In this document: positions 29,188-44,100 of the stretch, piece by piece
Layout of the letters: each line of letters opens with the position of its first letter
Numbering within the stretch: position 1 is the first letter of the stretch
NCBI GenBank assembly: GCA_964016885.1
Contig: OZ024745.1
Coordinates: 43,834,001 to 43,898,000, forward strand
Source of the DNA: Eledone cirrhosa
Lineage: Eukaryota
Direction of reading: 5' to 3'
DNA length: 64,000 bases
Notes under the pieces: generated by a model
Told to the model about the DNA's origin: nothing
The model's database searches: none
Seen by the model: only the letters and a program-made list of their open reading frames with translations
Position numbers and translations under genes: made by a program

Positions 29188-29831
29188 TCATCATCATCAT
29201 CATTGTTTAACGTCTATCTTCCACGCTAGCATGGGTCTGGACGGGAATTGTCTCACTTCAGGCAAGATTGGTTGTCTTGCTCATATAGGACTGTCTGGCA
29301 GGTTTTCTACGGCTGGATGCCCTTCCTAACACCAACCACGTTTACAGTGTGGACTGGGAGGTTTTTACCGTGTTACCTACACGGCCACATTACAGCGTGG
29401 ACTGTGTGTTTTTTTGTCGTGACACCTACATGACCTCATTTATTTAGGACTGGATGTTGTGGCACCAACATAACTTTAGGTGTAGATGGGGCTGGGGATA
29501 AGGGTAGTGGGATGGGGGTGTATTTTTGGTTAGGAGGTGCCTACTGACTGTAGTAGGTTTCACTTTGTACATAGGCAAGGCGGGTCTTCTGTATTACTGC
29601 GTGGCGCCAAAGATCTCGGTCCAGTGACATTGTCTTGGAGAGGTGTAAGTGTGTAAGGTCGGAATTTATCAAATCATCCCAGGTTTTTCTGGGTCTGCCT
29701 ACTCCATAGCTACCATCTATTTTGATCGCCCTGCACTTTTTTATACAGCTGTCGTCTTTCATGCGCATCACGTGACCATACCAACATAGTCTTCTCTCGA
29801 GTAAACAGCATCTGATCCCTCTTATTCCTAA
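29188..29831 (-). mobile_element. RTE-clade LINE copy D (3' fragment)
   Basis: [14 protein letters not shown]...GRPRKTW...KTRLA plus 3' UTR and (GAT)n tail. Confidence 0.92.
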
Positions 29832-30593
29832 TATATATATACACACCACATCCCTGTGTGTCATAAGAAACAACTAAAAGAAGAGGCATCTGGCTGTAAA
29901 ATATTGCCTCAAAACATTATGTCCCATGACCAGCCTATGCTAGCATGAAAAAGTCAACATCAAAACAACAATGATAATAATGATAATATATATACTGTAT
30001 ATACTCTGGCATGGCTGTATTGTTAAGAACTACAGTACTTCTGTGTGGGAACTTGAGCAAGTTTTTCCTACTTTAGCCTTGGATTGAACAGGGCTGGATT
30101 TGTGGAGAAACTCACCTTCTTCAAGCAAGGCCCCCACTTTAATTAGAGGTTCTACTACCTTTTATGAGTGGGGCCCTGATCATAAACATAATTTTATCTT
30201 TTAGAGAGTATGCTTTTAAAAATGTAATTGATATCGCTTTTGTGCCCATTTATCAAAATTTCTTTACTTTAGCAATACCAGTTGACGAAAGTAGATGGTG
30301 CTGCTGTAAATGATGTATATGTATGCATGTATATGAGTGTGTATATATCTGTATGTATAGTTTATCAATGATGATGCTTGATGTGTATATATATATTTAT
30401 ATGTGTGTATGTGTGGTTATATGCTTGTATGTGTGTATGTACACAATGACCATTCTTTTGCTACTTCCATTATTTGACCTCATGTCCTGGTAGTGGGCTG
30501 ATGTATTTGAAGGAATTCAAATCTTTTCTTATTTATTTAGTCTCTGCTCTCTCTTACTTCTTCTCTCTCTCTCTCACTCACTCTCTCTCTCTC

Positions 30594-30639
<46 letters not shown>

Positions 30640-30654
30640 TACTCATGCTTGTAT

Positions 30655-31350
30655 ATGGTTGCGACTAAACCGGCAACCCCACCAACCTTGCTTGGTGAGG
30701 AGGAGGATTTTGGACAACCTGCAGGATGGAAAACGAACCCTGTCAAAGGACGGAGGAACTCAAGTGAGTCAACAGCCATCCAATAAAGTATTATTTTTTG
30801 TGGAGTGAGAAACTCTTCGTCTTCATTAAGACATCTCTCTAGGACAGGAGTGGGTAAACTACAGCCCGCAAAAGAGTTTTGAGCGGCCCGTGGAAGCATT
30901 TGGCGAATTAATGAAAATAAGAAAAATAAGAAAATGTTCATATATAATACTTCATGTTTTGCAATGTACAGACACAAATTAAAAGAAAACTTTGTTTTAA
31001 GACTTTTGTATTTAATCATTGTATTAATTTGTGTATCATAATGATGCAGTTTATATTTTATATTTTCTAAATTCTAACTGAAGAAAAGTAATGTTACTGG
31101 CACATTATATCCAATAATAAATGGTGCAGCTCTCTGGTGTTCATGACCTAATCAATGTGGCTCCTGATCCAAAAAGTTTGCCCACCCCTGCTCTAGGAGA
31201 AAGTCACTCTGATATAAAACCTGTGACATCTTTTTGCGATGCATGGCATTGCTGGCCATAGGCAAGTCCCTAGCAGGACTAAAACGCCATGTCCGTGATG
31301 CTTATGCTTAGGTATCAAGTGATGGCATTACTCGAAATCGAGTTGCAGCC
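30655..31350 (+). repeat. Unclassified interspersed repeat hosting the hAT MITE; inverted homolog at ~36895-36990
   Basis: GCGACTAAACCGGCAACCCCACCAA...CTTGGTGAGGAGG...TTTGGACA.CCTGCAGGA is shared between the two sites. Confidence 0.6.
30845..31190. mobile_element. hAT (Charlie-like) MITE with 8-bp TSD
   Basis: TIRs CAGGAGTGGGTAAACT / CAGGGGTGGGCAAACT; TSD CTCTAGGA at 30837-30844 and 31191-31198. Confidence 0.9.
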
Positions 31351-31525
31351 ATCAAATACACATACATAAACACACAAACACATACTCACACACATATATA
31401 TATATATATAGAGAGAGGTAATATCCCAACTGTGGTACCAACTATCTCTATATCCACTCTGCATCTCCCTATGCATTGAGTACTCCCATGATAAGTGGTC
31501 TTCCCAGTCTCAGCACTGCAAATTC

Positions 31526-31595
<70 letters not shown>

Positions 31596-31639
31596 CAAGT
31601 AAGTATGTTTTGAAACAGCGAGCTAGTTTGAAATTAGAA

Positions 31640-31825
31640 ATAGAAGCTTTCGCCATATTTTTAGACTAAAGATATTTTAGCCGGATCGTGGGATTTAGAA
31701 CTTTCTAAGAAATGGAAAAAGATGAGTATTGACGTCAATACTCATCTTTTTCCATTTCTTAGAGGGTTCTAAACCCCACGATCCGGCTAAAATATATAGT
31801 CTAGAAATACAGCGAAAGCTTCTAT
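31640..31825. repeat. Loopless ~186-bp palindrome in (TA)n context
   Basis: Centre TTGACGTCAA (31729-31738); arms differ by a few substitutions and a small indel. Confidence 0.85.
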
Positions 31826-32689
31826 ATATAGATTATAAATATATATATATACATATATATGCATGTATGTTATCTAATGAAGGGCCCACCAAACATATAT
31901 GTATGTGTGTGTATGTATCATCACCATTTAATGTCCATTTTTCCATGCTAGCATGGGTTAAAAGAATTGTCCTGTTGTGAGACCAGTTAGATCAGATGAC
32001 TATGTCTTGCTCATCAGAATTGATTTTGGCATGGTTTCTACAGCTGGATGCCCTTTCTAACGCAAACCACATTTACAGTGAGTACTGGGTGCTTTTTGTT
32101 ATCACACCTACATGATCACTTTACAGTGTGAGCTGGGTGCTTTTTGTCATGTCACCTACATGACCACTATACAATGTGGGCTCGATGCTTTTTGTCATGT
32201 TGCCATCACAACCACCTCACAGTGTGGACTGGGGACTTTGGTGGGCGAGGTGTATGGGGATTGGGGAGGTGAATGGAGGGGAGGATGGAAGTGAAGGTGG
32301 TGCACACTAGATGTATGCTTCAACCTGTGCTCATGGGAAGTGTATGGAAGGGGGGATGGAGGTGAAGGCGGTGCATACTAGATATATGCTTCAGTCTGTG
32401 CTCATGGGAAGGTGGGTCTTCTTACTGCATAACGCCAGAGATCTCGGTTCTGTGTCATTACTTTTGAGAGGTGCAATTTTGCATGGTCAGCTTTTATTAC
32501 CCCAAGCCAAGTCTCCCTGGGTCATCCTACTCCATAATGTCCATCAACTTTGAGTGCTCTGTACCTTTTTATACATGCATCACATGTCCATACCAATGCA
32601 ATCTCCTCTCCTGCACCCTGCATCTTATTCCTCTTATGCCTAGTTTCTCTCTGTTTGTTTATGCTGTGCTGTTATATATATATATGTTT

Positions 32690-33015
32690 TAAGACCCCAC
32701 TTGGTCACGAATGACCATAGGATTTGCATCTAGAAAGTTCCCTCCGAAGCACAAGTCCGGGCAAGGTTGTTTGTGGAAGACCTGCAGTTGTCCATGGATA
32801 CCAGCCTCCCCTCTCCACACCACCAATGGTGTCCAATAGAAAGGCAATGGCCAATACAGCTCAACACCAGTGATGTTGCAACTCATTTCTACAGCTGAGT
32901 AAACTGGAGAAACATGAAATAAAGTGTCTTGCTCAAGGACACACCTAGTCCGAGAATCAAACTCACAACCTTCCGATTGCAAGCCCAATGCTCTAACCAC
33001 TAAGTCATGTGCCTT
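32690..33015 (-). mobile_element. SINE family A, near full length
   Basis: A/B boxes, TGTGTCCTTGAGCAAGACACTTT core, 3' end GGGGTCTTAAAAC. Confidence 0.8.
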
Positions 33016-33085
33016 CACACATATATATAAGTGTATATATATATATATATATATTATATATATTCATATATATATATATATATAT

Positions 33086-33474
33086 TTCGTTTCTGAATTT
33101 GTTTAGCAAGATTCTTTATCTGAAATCGTGTGTTGAAACCGATATTGTTATACTTTGGGAGGGTCATGTTGCCAATAAGAAACACACGCACCAGTTGCTT
33201 TCACTTCAATTTAATTTAATATATATTTATAAATTTACAAATTTATAAATTTCTGGTTGGTTGGTTGGTTCCACAACCAGATAGTTGTTTATATATATAT
33301 AGTCATAGTTCTTTCGTCACACACTCTGTGACCTCTTCAGTGACTGGGGATTTCTTTCTTCGTTTCTGTGCCTTTCCTTTCTTCTATCCTACGCCATTTT
33401 CAATTTTCATTAAATTGAAGTGAAAGCAACTGGTGCGTGTGTTTCTTATTGGCAACATGACCCTCCCAAAGTAT

Positions 33475-33482
<8 letters not shown>
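33086..33482 (-). mobile_element. Penelope-like pLTR fragment: hammerhead, ORF start and 74-bp inverted partial copy
   Basis: Inverted repeat 33142-33215 / 33409-33482. ATG at 33167 (minus) gives [23 protein letters not shown]. Flanked by (TA)n. Confidence 0.65.
33301..33345 (-). ncRNA. Minimal type-I hammerhead ribozyme variant
   Basis: Minus strand: AGTCA CTGAAGA G GTCAC agagtgt GTGAC GAAA GAAC TA TGACT. Confidence 0.75.
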
Positions 33483-34916
<1,434 letters not shown>

Positions 34917-35302
34917 CATATATATATACTATGAATAACGAGTTCTAAACTCAAACAGTCCTTTACAATGAAATAGCTCAAAGAAAGAAGTATTTCTGAG
35001 CCGTGTAATACAAGTTAATATAAATTAATATATTTGATAAACACAAATACCAACATATAAGTGTTTGTATTGTAAATGACTAAGTTAGCTAGATTGAAAA
35101 ATACTAATTATAATAATACAGTTTGCCTGTCTCGATTTAAAATAATAAATCAATAAAAACAAATCATATTGGCAAATGGCCGTGGTACTTGGACAAATTT
35201 AAATTTCAAAATCCAAACCTGCTCCGTAGATAAGTTTAAACTTCAAAATCCAAATATGTTTCGATAAATGAAAAAGTGAAAAAATATATATATACATATA
35301 CA

Positions 35303-35355
<53 letters not shown>

Positions 35356-35357
35356 GC

Positions 35358-35407
<50 letters not shown>

Positions 35408-35409
35408 GC

Positions 35410-36447
<1,038 letters not shown>

Positions 36448-37066
36448 TGGTGGCTGCCAACTCGTTTTCGAGTACGGCCACTACTTTATATCCATGTAGG
36501 AGAACCCCTACCGATGCGCTGAACGAGTGTGACTTTTTAGTCCAGCCAGCGACTTGAAAACTCTGGTACAAACACTACACCTGTGACAATTATTGACACA
36601 CAGTGCTGGGCCCATGGTACCATGTGATGACAAGTGCAGAGAGATCTCCAGATATAAAGCAATGCCTGTGCCGGGAAGCTTTTATAGTGAGCAAAGGCAT
36701 TGCACAAAGCCAGTCCCACTCTCTTAACCAAGATGATATTTACCAAAAAGAAGAACAAGTCAACATCATTGGATACCATCAGGGTTGCAGGTGTTATATC
36801 AGAGTTTTCCTTCTCCTAGAATTCTGCCTTGACAAAGGCTAAGGGGTCATCTCTCCCGGTGATTTTGGATGGCCATTGACTCTTAAGAGCTCCTTTGCCC
36901 TTTGACAGGTTTTGTTTTTAGTCCTGCAGGATGTCCAAAGTCACCCTCCTCACCAAGAAACCTTGGTGGGGTTGCCAGTTTAGTCGCCAACGACCCGACC
37001 ATGAGACAGGTTGTACTGGGATACATGTTACCAGTAGCACCAACTGGTGACCTGACACTATATACA

Positions 37067-37121
<55 letters not shown>

Positions 37122-37196
37122 AAAAAACATGAGAAGAAAGAAGAATACTGCGTGGTTTGCACATGGGTTACATATGATATATACATATATATATAC

Positions 37197-37259
<63 letters not shown>

Positions 37260-37295
37260 ATTATTACTATATATATATATATATGTATATATATA

Positions 37296-38587
37296 CAGGG
37301 TGCGAATGATATTTGTTCGTAAGATTACTGTCTAGGAAAAAATAAGACAGTAGTTTTATTTTTTAAGATACATTTATCAAACTTGTGTCAGTTTGTCTTC
37401 ATGACTTGTTCTTTCGATCTCACTCGATAAACCCGCCATTGGCTTTGATGACGGTCTCGGATCCGGCTACAGGCCTTCATCACTATCCCCCGACTTAGGC
37501 CCCTAAAGGCACTTGTGATCCTGACCTTCAGATCGTCTTTCGTATTGCAGCTAGATCTGTTGGTGTCTCGTTCCACTGTTCCCCACACAAAGAAGTCGAG
37601 GGTGTTGCAGTCAGGTGAGCTGGGAGGCGAGATGTCAGGTGAAGTGTGGTCGACGAAGTTCTCTGACAGCCAGGCTTGGGTCTTTCGGTTGGTATGGCAG
37701 GGCGCTGAGTCTTGCTGCCATATGTACGGCCTACCTGCAGCTACCTGGTCGATCCAGGGCTTTACTAACTCGATCAGAACGCGGATGTAGCCATCGGTGT
37801 TCAGCTTGAAGCTCTCAGGGAAGAAGCGAGGTGGCATGATGTCACCTTGACTGCTGACGACACCTAAGACCAATGTTGTCGCTGGAAACTTTGTCTGCAT
37901 GACTCTGGGCACGTCTTTGGATGAGACAGCAAGCCACCTGTTATTCTGGGAGTTGATCTTCTGGTCTTGGCAGAAGTTTTTCTCATCGGAGAAAAACCAC
38001 AGCATGTCTGGCTCCAGTGGGTGTTTCAACTTGTTGATCAGCTTCTTTGCGTGCTTCAGTCGCTTTTCTTGCATCACCTTTGACAGAAATTGTCCTTTCC
38101 TCATCTTGTATGAAACGTAGCGAATGTCTTCATGTACCACCAGCTTAATGAGCTTTTCATCCACGCCTTTCTCCCTTGCAATGGCACGCATCGACTTGCT
38201 AGGTTCATTGTTGATGATATCCTGAACTTCAGCAACGAACTCGGGTGTTCTGAAGGCGTCAGATTGTCGATCATGTGTTTTCCTCTCTGATGTTGCTTCG
38301 TAGTCGAATCCTGAATCTTCCAATTCCTTTCTGACCTTTTCCACCATTCTCCTGCTGACGCTGAGAAAGTCTGAAATTTCCTTATTTGTCCTCCCGGCAC
38401 GGATTCCAAGAACTCTGTCTCTTCCACAAATTTGGAGGTTCAAAATTATTCATAATCAATTATTCTGAAAATAAATAATGGAAATATAGTCACTGTTTTT
38501 ATGAAGACAAGAGTGACAACGGAAGTAAAAAATAATTTGCATAAAATTAGCAGTTGAAAATTGCGAACAAATATCGTCCACACCCTG
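37296..38587 (-). mobile_element. Tc1/mariner transposon, DD37D (maT) family, 1292 bp
   Basis: 27-bp imperfect TIRs CAGGGTGCGAATGATATTTGTTCGTAA / CAGGGTGTGGACGATATTTGTTCGCAA; TA flanks. Confidence 0.92.
37388..38443 (-). CDS. DD37D transposase, probably defective
   Basis: HTH-like N-terminus, FFSDEK, WQQDSAPCH, SPDCNTLD with 37 residues between the 2nd and 3rd Asp. The expected C-terminus ETVIKANGGFIE* lies in another frame, and the listed start codon is not ATG. Confidence 0.85.
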   Translation of the reverse strand: MNLQICGRDRVLGIRAGRTNKEISDFLSVSRRMVEKVRKELEDSGFDYEATSERKTHDRQSDAFRTPEFVAEVQDIINNEPSKSMRAIAREKGVDEKLIKLVVHEDIRYVSYKMRKGQFLSKVMQEKRLKHAKKLINKLKHPLEPDMLWFFSDEKNFCQDQKINSQNNRWLAVSSKDVPRVMQTKFPATTLVLGVVSSQGDIMPPRFFPESFKLNTDGYIRVLIELVKPWIDQVAAGRPYIWQQDSAPCHTNRKTQAWLSENFVDHTSPDISPPSSPDCNTLDFFVWGTVERDTNRSSCNTKDDLKVRITSAFRGLSRGIVMKACSRIRDRHQSQWRVYRVRSKEQVMKTN

Positions 38588-39379
38588 TATATATATATAT
38601 AATAAGTAGTGTGTGTGTGAGAGAGAGAGAATAGTAAATTGTGACATGCATACACACATACCAAATGGGCTACTTTGTATATTTTATCTTACTGATTATT
38701 TAACTTATATTATATCATGGTCTTAATTTAGATATTTATCATATTCTTCATGTAAAGATAAAAAAAAAGTAAAATAATGTCAGCTTATCTATTTGGTCAT
38801 TGCACTCATATGTCAAGATATTCTGTCAGTAGACAAAGTATTTTCAATCTACTAAACAACATCTGAGTCCATAAATTCATTGTGCATTTTATTATTTAAG
38901 AATCTGGTGTTGAAATTTTACAATATTATTATTGAAAACTGTTGGAGGTGGAGAAAATAGTTAGAATAGTTAGAATGAAATGTCATTTTCATTTTATTCA
39001 ACTTGATGTGTTTTTCTATCTTCTCTTTCTAACAGAAAACTAGGTTTAAAATGAACTTTAAACAGATGTTTACTATCACATTTCCTGCTGCTACAAGTAG
39101 AAATTGGAAACATATGACCTAACAGATATCAACAAGCATCATATACACTACACATCATTTGTGTGTATAAGATGTTTAATTTGGGGCTTGGGGACATTCA
39201 ATGATTCCTTGAATAAAACTTTCTTACCATAACACTAGGTCAGTCCAAACTTTGTAGGTAAAAAAAATATAGAAAAGAGATTAAGCAGAAACTGTGCAGA
39301 AGTCTGTCAAATTGGCTATTCTTGAGTGCTAGATTTTATTCCTCGGTTTAACACCATATTCTGGTTCTTGGATGGATAC

Positions 39380-39563
39380 CTTTAGCAGTGTCCACCTTGT
39401 TAGAAATATTCAGACAATATCTCTGGTCTGACAAAAAAAAAAACTCAATATGTGCTACATTTTACTGCTGAAAGTCATGAGTTGTGGTTTCTTCTTCTCT
39501 TTCACTTACCAATTTTGGAAGTTTTACCAACAGGGTTACCACTGCTGCCAATTGCATCTCTGG
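39380..39563 (-). other. Two candidate small exons (39510-39563, 54 nt; 39380-39427, 48 nt) of an unidentified gene
   Basis: TTATAG|...|GTAAGT and T-rich GTCAG|...|GTATCC, 82-nt intron; joined phase-1 reading is open (RDAIGSSGNPVGKTSKIDQRYCLNISNKVDTAK). Confidence 0.35.
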
Positions 39564-39829
39564 CTATAATATAAAGAATTGAAAACACATACCAAAATAC
39601 TAAGAACAAAAGACATTCTGGAAGAGCATCATCATCATTTCATCATCATCATCATTTAATTTTACGTCCGCTTTTTCCCTGCTTGCAAGGGTGGGACGGG
39701 AACTGATTTTTGGCTTGATTTCTACAGCTGGATGCCCTTCCTAACACCAACCTCATTTACAGTGAGTGCTGGGTGCTTTTTTGCTGTGTCACCTGCACGA
39801 CCACTTTGCAGTGGAATGATAGGGACCCC

Positions 39830-39985
39830 AGTCCCTATCATCTCATTTCTACAGCTGAGTATACTGGAGCAATGTGAAATAAAGTGTCTTGCTCAAGGAA
39901 ACAACACATCACCCGGTCTGAGAATTGAACTCACAACCTTTCGATTGCAAGGCCAATGCTCTAACCACTAAGCCATGTGCCTCCA
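39830..39985 (-). mobile_element. SINE family A head
   Basis: Homologous to 32880-33015. Confidence 0.75.
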
Positions 39986-40071
39986 TCAAAAGTATTATAT
40001 CAGAAATTGGTGACATTGGAATTCCTGTTATAGCTGATACAGTGACAATGAAGTGGATGAATCAATGAACA

Positions 40072-40900
40072 AATAATAATGATTTCTGATTTAGGCACAA
40101 GGCTAGCAATTTTTGGGGGAAGAGAAAATTGATTACATTGAACCCAATGCTTTATTTTATTGACCCTGTAAGGATGAAAGGCAAGTGGGATCTGAATTCA
40201 GATCATAAAGGGCTATAATTATATGCTGCAAAGCATGTAGTCAACTGATACTATCAATTTACCACCCTAATAATAATAATAATAATTGTTTCTACTTTAG
40301 GCACAAGGCCAGCAATTTGAAGGGGAGGGGAAAGTCGATTAAATCGACCCCAGTGCATTACTGGTACTTTATTTTATTGACCCTGTAAGGATGAAAGGCA
40401 AAGTCAACCTCTGCAGGATTTGAACTCAGAACGTAAAGGGCTGTAACTTTATGCTGCAAAGCATGGTGTTCGACACTCTACTGATACTGTCAATCCACTG
40501 CCCAAAATATAACAATAATGATTTCTAGTATAGGCACAATAACAATAATAATAATAATTGTTTCTACTTTAGGCACAAGGGCAGTAATTACCCTATTGTG
40601 TGACTGGTACTTTATTGTATCGACCCCGTAAGGATGAAAGGCAAAGTTAACCTCGGTGGGATTTGAACTCAGAACGTAAAGGGCCATAACTCTGCAAAGC
40701 ATGGTGTCTGACACTCTACCCATACTGCCAATATAATAATAATTGTTTCTACGTTAGGCACAAAGCCAGCAATTACCCAGTGTATTACTGGTACTTTATT
40801 TCATCGACCCCGTGAGGATGAAGGGCAAAGTTAACCTCGGCGGGATGAGAGGCAAAGCTGACCCTGGCAGGATTTGAAGCCAGAATGTAAAGGGTCATAA
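40072..40900 (-). mobile_element. Head-to-tail array of SINE family B copies
   Basis: Repeated (AAT)nTGTTTCTACTTTAGGCACAAGGCCAGCAATT...ACTGGTACTTTATTTTATCGACCCCGTAAGGATGAAAGGCAAAGT.AACCTC...GATTTGAACTCAGA. Confidence 0.85.
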
Positions 40901-40999
40901 TGAAACATTACTATGCATTTCATCTGACATACTAATGATTCTGTCAATCCATCTCATGCTGTAAAATCTGGCAATGGGTTTGTTATCTGTCCTGGGGGG

Positions 41000-41280
41000 C
41001 ATGGAATGGACACACAAAGATTGCATATCTCGTGACCCCAAAGGGGAACAAACTGTAAAAATTAGAACCTGGAACATCACAACCCTTACAAGTAAGAAGC
41101 AGGAACTAGTGGAGGAGACTAGATGCTACCAGCTAGATATAGTCAGGGTTTTCCTCAACAAAGTTCTGAAGCTTTGGTACTGTGGGTTTCGATGGGTGGG
41201 GGGAAAAACTCCACTATTCAAGTGTGGTGTCGGAAATGACTGCACAGGCAAGAGTGGGGATACTCACTGCACTGCTGTTT
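41000..41280 (+). pseudogene. Degenerate LINE APE-endonuclease N-terminus
   Basis: KIRTWNITTLTSKKQELVEETRCYQLDIV...AQARVGILTA. Confidence 0.6.
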
Positions 41281-42589
41281 GTTGGCTTGCCTCAAGCCTT
41301 TTTTTGGGGGGGGGGGGGAATAACAGCACTCCCTGTTGTAGCATGCAGTTGTGTGTGTGCATGTCTTCCCTTTTTTTTCAGTAAATTTTTATTGATTTTT
41401 TTCTTTTGTGAATCATATTTATTATATAAGTAATCAAATACATTTCTAACAAATTACAATAAGTACCATATTGTAAAAGGCCTGTGATTTGATGAGGATT
41501 TGGGACTATATCAACTGATACCTTCAAGACAATTAAAGACCTCTACATGCTCTCTCAATCTTTCTCAAATCACACCCTACTGTTTTAGAAAAAAAAGATA
41601 CTCTTGATATTTCCTATTCTAAATTTCATTCACATTTAGAATGCGTTGTGGGAATTGACCCCAGTACAGACCTGTCAACTCTCTCCATCCGATGGGGAGA
41701 TCTAGCTTCTTGGGGGTGGGTGTGAGATGTCTTCTATTGTGAAAATGGGTTTGCCTTATTTCTCTTCATTTTGGGGCACGTTTTCCATGGTACTCTCCGT
41801 TTTCATATTTAGAGGTTGACAGGTCTGTCAGTACTTGACTGGTATTTTATGTTATCGACCTTGGGAAGTATGAAAAGTAAAGTTGATCTCGGTGGGATTT
41901 GAACTAGGAACATATACGGCCGTAATTAAATAGCGTAGGCATTTTGTCCATCGGTTTAACTAACGACTCTGACGTATACTGTAGCTGGGGTGGAAAATAT
42001 AGGATAGTCACATATAGAAGTCTACTCGATTAACAGCTATTGTTGGAACAACAATAACTTAACACCTCATCTACTTAGCATTTCATACATGTTTCTATAA
42101 ACTATTCTAACTTTGTTAAATATTTCGCCTTAAGGATATGAAAGGAAAGTTATCATAAAAACACCTCGCCTGTGTGGTCTGGTTCATATATTTTATTGTC
42201 ATTTTTATATTTCTTTCATAATATATTTCGTTCATTGCATAAAGATAAAAAGAAAATATAAACTAGGAAGGAAATTCACTGGTAGAAAAATATATATATT
42301 TTTTTTAAAATTATTGATAAAATTAAAATAAACAAATAAATAATCGTTTTTTTTCTGTGCATGCATTTATCAAACTACACAAAAAACCCCCCAAAAAACC
42401 AATATAACAACAATCCTGCTGTGATAGATATCTTGTTTGAATAGGTTCAAGCTATTTAGGGAGAAACCAGAATGTTTTCTAAAATGAAACATTAAACAAA
42501 TCTATAATTCAAAGGAGTGGAACAAATAAGGAAACTAGAGTAATTTGTCATAACAAATTTTCACTGCACATTTCAAATTAGCAATTTCT

Positions 42590-42626
<37 letters not shown>

Positions 42627-43280
42627 AAAGAATATATATGCAGAGAGAGAGAAATAAGTATATATATATATAAAGGAAAATATAGAAATTATTGTGAGCA
42701 AGAAGCCAACAGTATTTCAGTATATATTATATATATATACATATGTATGTATGAAAACTGACAAGGTGGTTGTAAAAACTTTCACGTTGTCAACTGCTTA
42801 TAAACACAGTTCTATACAATAGCATCCCTCTTCCCCTCTCTATCACACTACTAACATACTCTTCTTCACTCGCGGATATGTAGTAGATATAAACAAACAC
42901 ACAAGTACACATACAGATTCAAACAAGACGTACAAGAACAGTGACATCAATATGTGGGTGCTACCCAGTATTGGTGATGATAAAAGCTCACAGAATAAAG
43001 GTCACTTGACTATATATGGTAAAATGCCGTACGATTTAAGCTGAGTCATTGAAGGAAAGAAGAGATAGCCGAGGTAGCGTGAGATTCCAGCTTATCAGGT
43101 GGCTTTTGGATATATGGCTACATAAACAAATAAATAAACAATAGCCACTGGCTAGTTAAGGTGTGGGTACCGTGATGTAATTAATACGACCGTTGGTTTT
43201 AGTTAACACAGGTTGCAGCACCTTCCTCTTCCTTTCCTGTTAGCTTTTCCTTCCGTTGGATTATTTATTTAAAACTTTAT

Positions 43281-43363
<83 letters not shown>

Positions 43364-43507
43364 GTGTGTGTGTGTGTGTTAGGCAAGTGTGTAACTACAA
43401 TTGTAGGAGGTTCGCTGTCACAAGCACTTGAGGCTGTTACAAGGTCCGTCTCGTGTTGGGTTGCATTTCAGAGTTAGAGCGGCTGTAGTATGCTGAGTGT
43501 AAATCTT

Positions 43508-43559
<52 letters not shown>

Positions 43560-43629
43560 CATAAATAACAAAGATTGCTGGTATAAATACAGCATCTCCG
43601 GCCATCGTCTAGCTTACTCACGAATCTGG

Positions 43630-44100
43630 TGAATTGCAGTTATGGATCTGGGATGCCATATGCAGAGACACATTCTCCAGCGATAACCCAGGCTCTGTTG
43701 CACTTCGGACCGAGGAAAGTAAACTCTCCAAATATTGGTCGCTCTCCGACAGTTTTGCGGTCGAGCCCGTAGCAGTGGAGACTTCTGGTGTCCTTGGCAC
43801 TAGGGCCACCTCCCTACTTACCACCATCGACACAGAGTTGGCTACCTACAAGTGTGAGCCTCGTGAGCTGGAATGGCTCTTCCAGCGTGTCTCCTTCACC
43901 ATCCTCCGAGGAAACGCCTTACTATTCTGTCCACCGGGGCCGCGGAGTGGCCCCATTTGCTCATAATAGTGAGAGATGGAGAGAGCGAGAGAGATGTAAA
44001 TATGAAGAGGGATGGAAATAGTGGGAGTTTGGTTCCTTTGTTTCGGACCTCGTGTAAATGTATATATCTATAGAATATATATTATCCCCAAACATCTAAT
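43630..44100 (+). mobile_element. CRE-clade LINE 3' fragment
   Basis: IWDAICRDTF...PVAVETSGVLG...WLFQRVSFTILRGNA is homologous to the 46372-47148 ORF. Confidence 0.75.

Noticed and set aside
32940-33015. tRNA-like sequences (also at 4930, 39910 and 49860)
   Set aside because: SINE heads followed by SINE cores, with no complete cloverleaf; not tRNA genes
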